From Pseudomonadota bacterium (lineage in GTDB: Bacteria; Bdellovibrionota_G; JALEGL01; DATDPG01): a DNA stretch of 35,071 nucleotides. Below are positions 10,481 to 21,275 of the stretch, in pieces. The DNA is taken from positions 1 to 35,071 of the forward strand of contig JAZDIZ010000070.1 in the NCBI GenBank assembly GCA_043804515.1. The letters are read 5' to 3'. The notes beneath the pieces are model-generated. The model saw only the letters and a program-made list of their open reading frames with translations. It was not told where the DNA came from and ran no database searches. The translations under genes and the position numbers were made by a program. Numbering within the stretch: position 1 is the stretch's first letter; every line of letters begins with the position of its first letter.

Positions 10481-11665
10481 CTATTGTTCCGCCGAAGCTT
10501 CACTTGGGAAGCGCAGGCGAACGCTCCGAAGTTTTGAAACCGCCCCCACGACCAGTTCGATCACTCGGTCCACTTCCTGCTCCGTATTGAACCGTCCCAA
10601 GCCAAAACGGACCGTGGCCTGGGCCAAATCCGCCTCCACACCCACGGCTTTGAGAACGTGGGACGGTTCCACGGAAGTGGCGGTGCACGTGGCCCCCGTG
10701 GATATGGCCAACTCTTCGCGGACCAGGGCCAGAAACGGTTCGGGATCCACGTTTGCAAAGCTCAAACTAAGGTTATGGGGAAGCCGGCTTGAGGGGTGGC
10801 CGTTCAGAAAAACACCCTCCAACCTCGATAAAATCCCGTTCTTGAGGCGTTCGCGGAGAGTTTGGAGCCGCAGGCCCTCACCCTGCCACTCGGAGCGGGC
10901 GATGGCACACGCTTCGCCCAGGCCCACGATGCCGGGCACGTTGAGCGTGCCCGAGCGAAGACCCCTCTCCTGCCCACCGCCGAAGACCGCCGGAGCGAGC
11001 CGGACCCGCGGGTTCTTCCTTCGTACATACAGCGCTCCAACGCCCTTCGGGCCGTACATCTTGTGGCCGGACACGGTTAGAAGGTCCGCGTTCATCCGTT
11101 CCACGTCGACGGCGATCTTTCCTACGGCCTGCGCCGCGTCGCACAGGAAGAGGACCCCTTTCTCCTTCGCGATCCGGCCAATTTCGAAAATAGGGTGAAG
11201 CGTCCCGATCTCGTTGTTCCCCAACATCACCGCCAACAAGATCGTGGGCGGAGTGAGCGCCTTTTCGACTCCTTTCGGGTCCACGAGACCGAAACGGTCC
11301 ACGGGCAGAATCTCGACTTCGAAACCCTCCGATTGCATGGCGTTAAAGGATTCAAGAACGGCCTTGTGCTCCGTTGCCACGGTCACCAAGCGGTTCCCCT
11401 CTTCCCGGTACGCCTTGCATACGCCCTTGACCGCCAGGTTGATGGATTCGGTCGTCCCGCTCGTGAAGAGAAGCTCCTGGGCGGAAGCCCCGATCAGCGT
11501 TGCCACCGATTCCCGGGCTTTTTCAACGGCTTCCGCGGCCTCTTTGCCGAAAAAATGTTCGCTGGATGCGTTCCCGAAAGACTCGCCCAAATAGGGCGCC
11601 ATTTTAGCCACGACGCGGGGATCGCACGGCGTCGTGGAGTTGTGGTCCATGTAGATCGCCTTCAC
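10481..11665 (-). CDS. iscS: Cysteine desulfurase (IscS/NifS family)
   Basis: IYMDHNSTT, FTSGTTES, NNEIG, DAAQ, SGHKMYGPKG (PLP Lys), GGGQERGLRSGT and STGATC (catalytic Cys loop). Confidence 0.93.
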   Translation of the reverse strand: MKAIYMDHNSTTPCDPRVVAKMAPYLGESFGNASSEHFFGKEAAEAVEKARESVATLIGASAQELLFTSGTTESINLAVKGVCKAYREEGNRLVTVATEHKAVLESFNAMQSEGFEVEILPVDRFGLVDPKGVEKALTPPTILLAVMLGNNEIGTLHPIFEIGRIAKEKGVLFLCDAAQAVGKIAVDVERMNADLLTVSGHKMYGPKGVGALYVRRKNPRVRLAPAVFGGGQERGLRSGTLNVPGIVGLGEACAIARSEWQGEGLRLQTLRERLKNGILSRLEGVFLNGHPSSRLPHNLSLSFANVDPEPFLALVREELAISTGATCTATSVEPSHVLKAVGVEADLAQATVRFGLGRFNTEQEVDRVIELVVGAVSKLRSVRLRFPSEASAEQ

Positions 11666-11695
11666 GGACTCGAACCTATCATGAAACGAAGGAGG

Positions 11696-12088
11696 CTAGC
11701 CTGCCTGGGCGTCCTGCTTCCCTTCCAGGAGGTGGATGAATGACTCCACTTCCTCTCGGACCTGAGAAAGGGCTTCCCGGAGCTTCTTGGATTCCGTGTC
11801 GGAGGAAGGCAGGCTCAAGGCGAGCTGGGTCTCATCGTGGTTCTTCCGCCGCTCCCGCAGCTTCCTTTTCGCACCGGCGATCGTGAATTTCTCCTCATAA
11901 AGGAGCTGTTTGATCCTCTGAATCTGGTCGATGTCTTTTCTCTGGTAAAGACGCTGCTGGTTTTTCGACTTGGTCAGCTTGATGTTGAACTCGCCCTCCC
12001 AATAGCGGAGTACGTACGGTTCAAGACCCGTCATTTCGGCCACTTCGCCGATTTTGTAGAAAAGCTTTTCCTGGCTGGGTTTTTTCAT
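11696..12088 (-). CDS. MerR-family transcriptional regulator (pheT/ihfA-linked type)
   Basis: KLFYKIGEVA...YVLRYWE..F...RLYQRKDI...LLYEEKFTIAGAK; usual position downstream of pheT. Confidence 0.92.
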   Translation of the reverse strand: MKKPSQEKLFYKIGEVAEMTGLEPYVLRYWEGEFNIKLTKSKNQQRLYQRKDIDQIQRIKQLLYEEKFTIAGAKRKLRERRKNHDETQLALSLPSSDTESKKLREALSQVREEVESFIHLLEGKQDAQAG

Positions 12089-12093
12089 AATAA

Positions 12094-12151
12094 AATCAGC
12101 TAGTTAACGTTAGACTGCGAGAGCCTACTTCAGCCCCTCGCGCCCTGTCAA
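12094..12151 (-). promoter_or_regulatory. Putative sigma70 promoter and IHF consensus site upstream of merR
   Basis: Minus strand TTGACA (12151-12146)-18 nt-TAGGCT (12127-12122). AATCAGCTAGTTA at 12094-12106 fits the IHF consensus WATCARN4TTR. Confidence 0.5.
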
Positions 12152-12159
12152 ATCAATTT

Positions 12160-14550
12160 TTAAGGCTGGAATTCACCCCGGAGCTGGGCGCCGCAGTCCT
12201 TCTGGATCTCCGTCGCAATACGCTTGAGTGAAGCTTCTACTTCGTTATCCGTCAGCGTGCGCTCCGCCGATCCGAACGTCATTGCGAAGGCCAGGCTCCG
12301 TTCGTTTTCGGCCATGCCCTTACCTTCATAAACGTCAAAGAGTTCAACGTCTTGAAGGAGTGGATCTTGAAGTTTCTTTATGACTCCCAGGACTTGATCC
12401 CACGAGATTTCCTTCCGAACCACGAACGCCAGGTCGCGGCGGACCGTCGGGAAAGCGGACAGCGCTTTGAAGCGAGCGGCGCTGTTGCCAAACGCTTGGA
12501 ACGTCGTCAGATCCAAATCCAGTAGGATCACCGGCCCAGGCAGGTCCAGTCCCCTCAAAACCCGCGGATGCAGGCAGCCCAGCTCTCCAACCTCTTTACG
12601 CCGGAAGAGCACGCGTGCCGACTTGCCTTCGTGGAGGTAAGTTGAAGAGGCTCTCGCCTCGAGTTGAAATGCTCCCCACCCCAACCGGTCAAACAGAGTC
12701 TCGAGAACCCCCTTAGCGTCGAAGAAGTCGGCATTCCGTTCCGGTGAGTGCCAGAACTTAGTCCGAATACGCCCCGCCAGAAGAATCCCGAGCCTCGACT
12801 GTTCGAACGCGGGGATTTCCATCCCCGGAAGCGCCACGCCGAACACCGATCCGATCTCGAAGAACCCGCCCCCCTGGACTTGACGGGCTTGGTTCGTCCT
12901 CCAGGCCGCAATCAGATTCGGAAGAAGGGACTGTCTCATCCAGCCGGCGTCGGTGGTGAGGGGATTGGAAAGCCTCAGCGGACTTGCGGTCAATTTCCCG
13001 GGAAACATCTTCAGGTCATTTTCACTCGAGAAGCTGTACGTCCGCACCTCCATCAGGCCGCATGCGGCCAAGAGATCACGGATTCGATCCGCAAGTTCGT
13101 AAGCCTCGTGCTGCTCCGGTTCGTGCCCCGTGCTGGGAAGCAGGGAAGCGAACCGGTCATACCCGTGGATCCTCGCCACCTCCTCCACCAGGTCGATCTC
13201 CCGCTCCAGATCGGGACGCCGCGTGGGAACCTCCACCAGCCAATCCTCTTCCAGTTTCTCGACGCTGAACCCCAAACGCGAAAGGTACTCGCCGCCGTTG
13301 CGCGTTTCGTCCCCGAGGATTCGGAGCAGCGTGGCCTTCCGCAATTTCAATTTCGCCGGAACCGGAGCACGGAAGCGGAGATCCACCCCCGACACCTCTT
13401 TTCCGCCCCCAGCTTCACCCAGAAGCTGCAGCGCTCGCGTCGAGGCCGTCCAGCAACCGGAGGGGTCGACGCCTCGTTCGAAACGATGGGAGGATTCACT
13501 GTGGCACGACTGGCCGGCGGCGGTCCGTCGCAAGCTCTTCGGATCGAAAAATGCGCTTTCCAGAAGGATCGACTCCGTGGTGTCGCCCACGGCGGTCCGT
13601 TTTCCGCCCATGACGCCGGCCAATGCGATCGGCCCCTTGTCATCGGCTATTACCAGATCCCGTTCATTGAGCTTCCGCTCCACGTCATCCAGGCAGAGAA
13701 GTGCCTCCCCCTTCTTCGCGCGTCGCACGCGAACGGCTCCCACGACCTTGGCCTGGTCAAAAGCGTGCATCGGCTGCCCGCGCTCCAGCATTACGTAGTT
13801 GGTGACGTCGACAAGGTTGCTGATCGCCCGCACTCCGCACGCTTCCAGGCGGTTTCTGATCCAGGCCGGGGACAAGCCGCTCTTGAGCCCATCTATCCGG
13901 CGTAAGACGTACCGGGGGGCTCCCTCGCCGTCGTCCACAAAGGCCGAGAGCTTCGAATCCGGGGGCCCTTCCCCCGCCACGTCCGGAATTTTCGGAGAGA
14001 CATCCAACGCGGCCGCGACCTCGCGGGCCACGCCCACAACACTCAGACAATCGCCGCGGTTCGGCGTCAGCTCCAGCTCGAGGAGCCAATCATCGCGGCC
14101 CAGGGCCCCGGCCAGTGGTGCCCCCAGCTTGGAATTTCCGGGCAGGATGAGAATCCCCTCGCTCTCGGCGGAAAGCCCCAGCTCGCTTTCCGAGCAAAGC
14201 ATTCCCTCGGACGTCTCGCCCCGGATCTTGCTTTTCTTGACTACCCCTCCGTTCGGGAGCTTCGCACCGGCCCTGGCCAGAGCGGCGAAGTCGCCTTCCT
14301 TCTGGTTCGTGGCGCCGCAGACGATCGAATATTCCTGCGTCCCGTCGGTCACCCGGCACACCGTCAGGCGGTCCGCTCCAGGGTGGCGGCCTATCTTGAG
14401 AATCCGCGCGATTACCACGTCCTCCATTCCGCCACCCAGGTAGACCAGGCTCCCGACTTCGATACCCACGGAAGTCAGGGCATTCCGGACTTCCTCGGCA
14501 CGGGGCTTGGAGGGGAGAAACTCGTGGATCCAGCTCAAGAGGACTTTCAC
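12160..14550 (-). CDS. pheT: Phenylalanine--tRNA ligase beta subunit
   Basis: HPGADRL, IVCGATN, SEGMLCS, LTPNRGDCLS, RFERGVDP, DLVEEVARIHGY and FPTVRRDLAF. Confidence 0.98.
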   Translation of the reverse strand: MKVLLSWIHEFLPSKPRAEEVRNALTSVGIEVGSLVYLGGGMEDVVIARILKIGRHPGADRLTVCRVTDGTQEYSIVCGATNQKEGDFAALARAGAKLPNGGVVKKSKIRGETSEGMLCSESELGLSAESEGILILPGNSKLGAPLAGALGRDDWLLELELTPNRGDCLSVVGVAREVAAALDVSPKIPDVAGEGPPDSKLSAFVDDGEGAPRYVLRRIDGLKSGLSPAWIRNRLEACGVRAISNLVDVTNYVMLERGQPMHAFDQAKVVGAVRVRRAKKGEALLCLDDVERKLNERDLVIADDKGPIALAGVMGGKRTAVGDTTESILLESAFFDPKSLRRTAAGQSCHSESSHRFERGVDPSGCWTASTRALQLLGEAGGGKEVSGVDLRFRAPVPAKLKLRKATLLRILGDETRNGGEYLSRLGFSVEKLEEDWLVEVPTRRPDLEREIDLVEEVARIHGYDRFASLLPSTGHEPEQHEAYELADRIRDLLAACGLMEVRTYSFSSENDLKMFPGKLTASPLRLSNPLTTDAGWMRQSLLPNLIAAWRTNQARQVQGGGFFEIGSVFGVALPGMEIPAFEQSRLGILLAGRIRTKFWHSPERNADFFDAKGVLETLFDRLGWGAFQLEARASSTYLHEGKSARVLFRRKEVGELGCLHPRVLRGLDLPGPVILLDLDLTTFQAFGNSAARFKALSAFPTVRRDLAFVVRKEISWDQVLGVIKKLQDPLLQDVELFDVYEGKGMAENERSLAFAMTFGSAERTLTDNEVEASLKRIATEIQKDCGAQLRGEFQP

Positions 14551-14553
14551 GAT

Positions 14554-15609
14554 TTACTCCTCAAACTGCCCCAGAAAGCGCACATCGTTCTCATAGAAGA
14601 GGCGAATGTCGTCGATCCCATGCAAAACCATCGCGACCCGTTCGATCCCCATCCCCCAAGCAAAACCGCTCACCTTCTCGGCGTCGTACGGATTGGTCTC
14701 TCCCCGGGCCGTCCAGGCCCGGCCCACGAAGTCGAGAACGTTGGGATCCACCATCCCGCACCCCAAGATCTCGATCCAGCCCGTGTTCTTGCAGATCCGG
14801 CACCCCTTTCCTTTGCAGGAACCGCATTGCATGTCCAACTCGGCGCTCGGCTCGGTAAACGGGAAGAAACTCGGGCGGAACCTGGAGCCGATATCGGGGC
14901 CGAACATCATGTGCACAAACGTCTCCAGCGTTCCCTTGAGGTGGGCGAACGTCACGCCGGACCCTACGCAGAGCCCCTCCACTTGATGAAAGACCGGAGA
15001 GTGCGTCACGTCCGAATCATGGCGGTAAACGCGGCCCGGAATCACGATCTGGACCGGGGGCGCCTGTCGCTCCATCGTGCGGATCTGGACTGGCGACGTG
15101 TGCGTTCGAAGAACAAGGTTGTTTTCCAGGAAGAAGGTGTCCTGCATATCCCGGGCGGGGTGCTCGGGAGGGAAGTTCAGGGCCTCGAAATTATACCAGT
15201 CGGTCTCCACGTCCGGGCCGGTGCGGACGGAAAAGCCGAGCGACTCGAACGTCCGGACGATTTTTCTCTCCACGAGCGTCAGGGGGTGAAGCGTTCCGAG
15301 TTTTGGCCGGCGTCCGGGCCAGTGAACGTCGATCCGCTCGGATCGGACCTCCCGGTCCTCGGATTCCTCCGCCGCCCGATTCGCCTTGTCGACCAAACGG
15401 GCTTCCAGCCTCTGACGGGCCTCGTTGACACGGTTACCGAAGGCGGGCCTCTCCCCGGGCGGGAGTTCCCCCACGGAACGCAGCAGCGCCGTCAGTTTCC
15501 CTTTTTTGCCGAAGTACTCGACCCGGAGGCCGGATAGAGCCTCTGCGCCGCGGGCGTTTTCCAACGCCGCCCGGAATTCCTGCTCAAGGGCGATGAGACG
15601 GTCGTTCAC
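14554..15609 (-). CDS. pheS: Phenylalanine--tRNA ligase alpha subunit
   Basis: [27 protein letters not shown] and [10 protein letters not shown]. Start taken as the GTG at 15609, which overlaps the rplT stop (GTGA). Confidence 0.97.
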   Translation of the reverse strand: MNDRLIALEQEFRAALENARGAEALSGLRVEYFGKKGKLTALLRSVGELPPGERPAFGNRVNEARQRLEARLVDKANRAAEESEDREVRSERIDVHWPGRRPKLGTLHPLTLVERKIVRTFESLGFSVRTGPDVETDWYNFEALNFPPEHPARDMQDTFFLENNLVLRTHTSPVQIRTMERQAPPVQIVIPGRVYRHDSDVTHSPVFHQVEGLCVGSGVTFAHLKGTLETFVHMMFGPDIGSRFRPSFFPFTEPSAELDMQCGSCKGKGCRICKNTGWIEILGCGMVDPNVLDFVGRAWTARGETNPYDAEKVSGFAWGMGIERVAMVLHGIDDIRLFYENDVRFLGQFEE

Positions 15610-15959
15610 ACGGCGGATTTTGCCGTAGCTACGATCTGATCGAAAGCTTTTCGATCGGTGACGGCCAGATGGGCCAGCATTTTCCGGTCGATCTCGATCT
15701 CGGCCTTCTTCAGGAGGGGAACGAGCTTGGAGTAACTCAGGCCCAGCTGGCGGCAGGCGGCGTTGATCCGCTGGATCCAGAGGGCTCGGAAGTTCCGCTT
15801 TCTCTGCTTTCGACCCACATAGGCGTACGCCAGAGCGTGATCGACCGCCACCTTGGCGATCGTGTAACAATTCCGCCGGCGGCCCTGGAAGCCTTCAGCC
15901 CGGTCCAGAATCTTCTTGCGGCGGGTCCGCGCTTTGGTTCCTCGTTTGACTCGTGCCAT
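15606..15959 (-). CDS. rplT: 50S ribosomal protein L20
   Basis: MARVKRG...[16 protein letters not shown]...IDRKMLA. Confidence 0.98.
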   Translation of the reverse strand: MARVKRGTKARTRRKKILDRAEGFQGRRRNCYTIAKVAVDHALAYAYVGRKQRKRNFRALWIQRINAACRQLGLSYSKLVPLLKKAEIEIDRKMLAHLAVTDRKAFDQIVATAKSAV

Positions 15960-15980
15960 GGTTTTACAAGACCTCCGTAA

Positions 15981-16178
15981 TTATCCGTAGGGAAGAAGTT
16001 TTCGAATGTTCTCTCGGTCCGCCGTGACCACGTAGGCGGCCGACCGATGTTGGCGCTTCCGCTTCTTCCCTTTCAAAGTCAGCATATGCCGCGACTGCCC
16101 CTGCTTGAATTGGAACTGTCCCGATTTCTTGGCTTTGATCCGCTTAGCGGCTGATTTGTTCGTTTTCATCTTCGGCAT
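15981..16178 (-). CDS. rpmI: 50S ribosomal protein L35
   Basis: MPKMKTNKSAAKR...LLPY. Confidence 0.97.
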   Translation of the reverse strand: MPKMKTNKSAAKRIKAKKSGQFQFKQGQSRHMLTLKGKKRKRQHRSAAYVVTADRENIRKLLPYG

Positions 16179-16181
16179 AAT

Positions 16182-16713
16182 TCACTTACTCCCGGTGTTT
16201 GAAACCACATGCGCGCGCGGCGCAAGGACCAAGAACATGTTGCGTCCTTCCAACCTGGCGGTCTGTTCCACCATCGCCTTGGCGCCCAAGGTCGCCACAA
16301 TCCGGTCCAGCATCGCCCTTCCCAAATTGCTGTGGACCAACTCCCGTCCTTTGAAACGGATCGTGACCTTCGCCTTGTTCCCTTCCTCCAGGAACCGGGC
16401 GATGTGTTTCACCTTGAAATCAAAATCATGCTCGTCCGTGGAGGGCCGGAGTTTGATCTCCTTCACCACAATGACGCTCTGATTCTTCTTTGCCTCCTGG
16501 GTTTTCTTCTTCAGCTGATACTTGAACTTCCCATGATCCATGATCCTGCATACCGGCGGGTCCGCCGTGGGCGAGATCTCGATCAGGTCCATGCTGTATT
16601 CGTCAAGGGCGGCCCGAAGGGCCGAAGAAGTATCCATGATCCCAAGCTGCTTGCCGTCCGGGCCGATTACCCGGACGCGCGGCACCCGAATCATGTGATT
16701 CACGCGCACCGTC

Positions 16714-16730
<17 letters not shown>
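16182..16730 (-). CDS. infC: Translation initiation factor IF-3
   Basis: VRVIGPDGKQLG, PPVCRIMD, KEIKLRP and FKGRE. The GTG start overlaps the end of thrS. Confidence 0.97.
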
Positions 16731-18642
<1,912 letters not shown>

Positions 18643-18652
18643 AAGCTTTGAA

Positions 18653-18681
18653 AATGTACGGGGTTTTGGCCCTCAGGGCAA
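18653..18681 (-). promoter_or_regulatory. Putative thrS promoter giving a nearly leaderless mRNA
   Basis: TTGCCC-17 nt-TACATT, with only 10 nt between the -10 box and the ATG and no SD. Confidence 0.5.
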
Positions 18682-18868
18682 ATCACGCAAAACGGGGACG
18701 GAGGTCGGGGAAGAGATTGCGTCTTTTCCCCCCAACCTGATGAATTTGTTTCCGTTCCTTGGACCGCGGCTTTTCAGTCGGCGGGGTTCCCGGCCCGAGG
18801 TCCGTCCCCGTACTTCAGTCCCGGCGCCTGCGAAGAAAGCGTACGTGCGTCTGACGCCGGGTCTTCGT

Positions 18869-19825
18869 TCACTCTTTGGGGCCGTAACCAAGGGGCGGAA
18901 CGAAATTCGCATCCTGGATCTGCTCATCCACGCTTTGGATCCGTTTATCGGTTTGATTCACCAAAGCCAGAAGACCCTGAACTGCCGAGCTCTCAACGGC
19001 CGTCGAATGCGCTTTAATGCTGGCCCGGATTGTTCGCAGTTCCGCCTTGGGGCCGTCCAGACTCGTCTCTGACACCTGGTATTTTCTTTCTCTGGCGACA
19101 CGGTCGAACTGATCGACTTTCTGCCGACAACTGGCCAACCATCGGTTGTCCCAACTCAAGATCAGCCTGTTTCTGGCTTGGATGCCGGCGTTGATCCCGG
19201 CCCGCAGCCCCAAGCAGTGGCGGGTTGTAAGACAGTCCACTTGCGTGAACGGGCGTTTATTGGGAAACTCATTCACTCGGACGCTGATCTGGCACCCCCC
19301 GTCCTTTGCCCAACTCTGATATCGGTCACTCAAATCCATCATGTCCATTGTGGCCGCTCTGAATGCGGATATTTCGGCCTGCGGCGCGTAAGGTCTGTAT
19401 TGGGCGATTTCCAGATCGAGTGCTTTGTAGCGACCGATCAGCGCGTATTGCGCGGGCCGCCTCTTGGCTAGAGCTTGTCGACTCTGATTAAGCGTGGCCT
19501 TGATCGAGCTTATATCCGCCGTGAGTCTGTCGATTTCGGCTTTCAAATCATTGCAAACCTTGGTGTGCACATAGGCCTTCTCCGAAATAGGGCCGCTCTG
19601 CTTCATCTCTGAAGCGACCGGCTGCATGACAACGCAGCCTCCTTCAGCAGCCAATTTTTCGTAGGTCTCCTGGGCCTTCATCAGAGCGGCTTGATCGGCG
19701 TTATATCTCGCCACCAGGCCGTCACTCCATGCGTTAGCTTCGCCACCCACATCGGACCGAACTTTTTGGGAAAGAGAAAAAGACACCGACAGAATCACCA
19801 AGCACAGAACTGTAATGCGTTTCAC
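18869..19825 (-). CDS. Secreted helical/coiled-coil hypothetical protein with a duplicated Cys-containing module
   Basis: GTG at 19825 is preceded by GGAGG and followed by a signal-peptide-like MKRITVLCLVILSVSFSLS. I recognise no family. Confidence 0.75.
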   Translation of the reverse strand: MKRITVLCLVILSVSFSLSQKVRSDVGGEANAWSDGLVARYNADQAALMKAQETYEKLAAEGGCVVMQPVASEMKQSGPISEKAYVHTKVCNDLKAEIDRLTADISSIKATLNQSRQALAKRRPAQYALIGRYKALDLEIAQYRPYAPQAEISAFRAATMDMMDLSDRYQSWAKDGGCQISVRVNEFPNKRPFTQVDCLTTRHCLGLRAGINAGIQARNRLILSWDNRWLASCRQKVDQFDRVARERKYQVSETSLDGPKAELRTIRASIKAHSTAVESSAVQGLLALVNQTDKRIQSVDEQIQDANFVPPLGYGPKE

Positions 19826-19965
19826 GTACCCTCCAATCACGACCCTGGATCGTCCCAAATACACGCCTTGGGCGTATATATAACACGCCGTGTCATTTCG
19901 AGTAACATATTTATTACAACTGAACTTGCTTAAACGTTTCAACGGGTTAGATCAATAGTAAAGAA

Positions 19966-20192
19966 GGCCTTGCCTAGCCGTAGCCCCAGTTCAGATCGCA
20001 GGTCTGTGCTTCAATGACGACCTTCGGCGGGATCCGCCTCCGCAAAGCCTCCGGCGGGACACACACCCTTCGCTTCGTTTCACTCGGCAGATGGATGGCT
20101 TGCCTAGCCGTAGCTCTAGTTCAGTATTGAGGAGTCCGCCTTCGCCAAGCCTTCGGCGAGACAGCCTTCGCCTCGTTACACTCGGCGAAGGC
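19966..20192. repeat. Two tandem ~130-bp palindrome-rich units abutting the duplicated tRNA end
   Basis: CTTGCCTAGCCGTAGC occurs at 19969 and 20099. Both units contain TCCGCCT(C/T)CGC.AAGCCT(C/T)CGGCG.GACA and CCTTCGC.TCGTT.CACTCGGC. Confidence 0.85.
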
Positions 20193-20392
20193 TGGTAGGC
20201 GCGACTGGGATTGAATGACATTCGGTCGCGGCAAGCGCTCGTACCACTTCGATCGGGCACAAAGCTACGATGCGGATTCCTAAGGATCTAGACTGCGGAA
20301 GATTTGGCGGCTCGCTGGCCGCGACCTGAGCGATTCTCCACTGCCGACCCCAACAACCATTCTCTCCGCCCCCGCACCGGAGGCTGCGAGAA
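20193..20392 (-). mobile_element. tRNA-Val-linked 200-bp element ending in a duplicate of the tRNA 3' end
   Basis: 20193-20215 matches tRNA 20393-20415 at 22/23 positions; homologous to 5923-6124. Mobility is inferred. Confidence 0.8.
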
Positions 20393-20467
20393 TGGTAGGC
20401 GCGACTGGGCTTGAACCAGCGACCTCTTCCGTGTCAGGGAAGCGCTCTCCCACTGAGCTACGCGCCT
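20393..20467 (-). tRNA. tRNA-Val(GAC)
   Basis: Reverse complement is AGGCGCGTAGCTCAGTGGGAGAGCGCTTCCCTGACACGGAAGAGGTCGCTGGTTCAAGCCCAGTCGCGCCTACCA; anticodon GAC. Confidence 0.97.
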
Positions 20468-20482
20468 ACGTTTCGGCCTGTC

Positions 20483-20734
20483 TTTTTCGCCCGTGGCGTC
20501 GTTCTCGCACCTCGCGAATCCTCACGTACGGACTATGTACGCTGCGGTTCGCTCGGCGCTGCGGCCTAGCCACAGTCAAAAAATCCTAGGCCTCATACAA
20601 CCGATTCTCAAAGATCAATGGCCTCGCATCTGACCATTTATCCGAACCCTCACAAAACTTAAAGGCGGGATTCCTCGGCGCTGCGGCCTAGCCACAGTCA
20701 AAAAATCCCAGGCCTAATCAACAAACTCTCAAAG
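20483..20734. repeat. Long imperfect palindrome plus a ~60-bp direct repeat
   Basis: CTCGGCGCTGCGGCCTAGCCACAGTCAAAAAATCC(T/C)AGGCCT occurs at 20552 and 20674. The first copy is the right arm of a hairpin centred on CGTAC-GGACTAT-GTACG. Confidence 0.8.
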
Positions 20735-20740
20735 ACCGGG

Positions 20741-21265
20741 TTACTTCTTGCCGTACGTCTTGTCGTACAAGGTGATAACCTGGTCGGTTACGTCCAGAAC
20801 GGGTTTGTAGTAGACGACCCCGCTCTCGGACTTCTCCAGGACCATCGTATATGCGCCGTCGCGGCCCACCTTCTCGATGACATCCTTGATCTTCTTGAGG
20901 ACGGGTTGGACCAGGTCCTGCTCGCGTTTGGCCATTTCAGCTTGGGCCGTCATAGCGGAACGCTGGTAGTCCATTTGCTTGCTTTCCATTTCCTTCCTCT
21001 TGTCCTCAAGAGCGGACGGGGAAAGGATCATCTTCTGCTTATCGAAGCTGTCGCTTAATTTCTTCAGCTCCGCCTGCTTCTTCTCCACTTCGGTCTTTTT
21101 GTTGTCCATCTCCCTCTTGAACTGGTCCCGCGCTTTCTTCCCTTCCTCGATCGTGTCGAGCACGCGTTGGACGTCCACGACGGCGAGCTTTTCCTGGGCG
21201 CAAAGCGCCGATGGCGCCCAAACCATCGAAGCCAATGCGACGATCCACAGAATGTTCTTTTTCAT
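20741..21265 (-). CDS. skp: OmpH/Skp periplasmic chaperone
   Basis: AGGAGG SD before ATG 21265; signal peptide, KLAVVDVQRVL, coiled coil and DVTDQVI; follows bamA. Confidence 0.93.
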   Translation of the reverse strand: MKKNILWIVALASMVWAPSALCAQEKLAVVDVQRVLDTIEEGKKARDQFKREMDNKKTEVEKKQAELKKLSDSFDKQKMILSPSALEDKRKEMESKQMDYQRSAMTAQAEMAKREQDLVQPVLKKIKDVIEKVGRDGAYTMVLEKSESGVVYYKPVLDVTDQVITLYDKTYGKK

Positions 21266-21275
21266 ACCCAACCTC

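Noticed and set aside
15610..15870. N-terminal extension of PheS in the ORF track
   Set aside because: It overlaps rplT in another frame; the GTG at 15609 gives a normal-length PheS.
20193..20270. Second tRNA gene or an intron-split tRNA
   Set aside because: Only the 3' 23 nt are duplicated, with no D-arm or anticodon arm. The upstream tRNA is complete without splicing.
20392..20589. Small ORF MVGATGLEPATSSV (and ORF 5969..6355)
   Set aside because: These are spurious translations across tRNA genes.
19966..20734. CRISPR array
   Set aside because: Each repeat has only two copies, the periods are 122-200 bp, there is no regular spacer pattern, and no cas genes are present.
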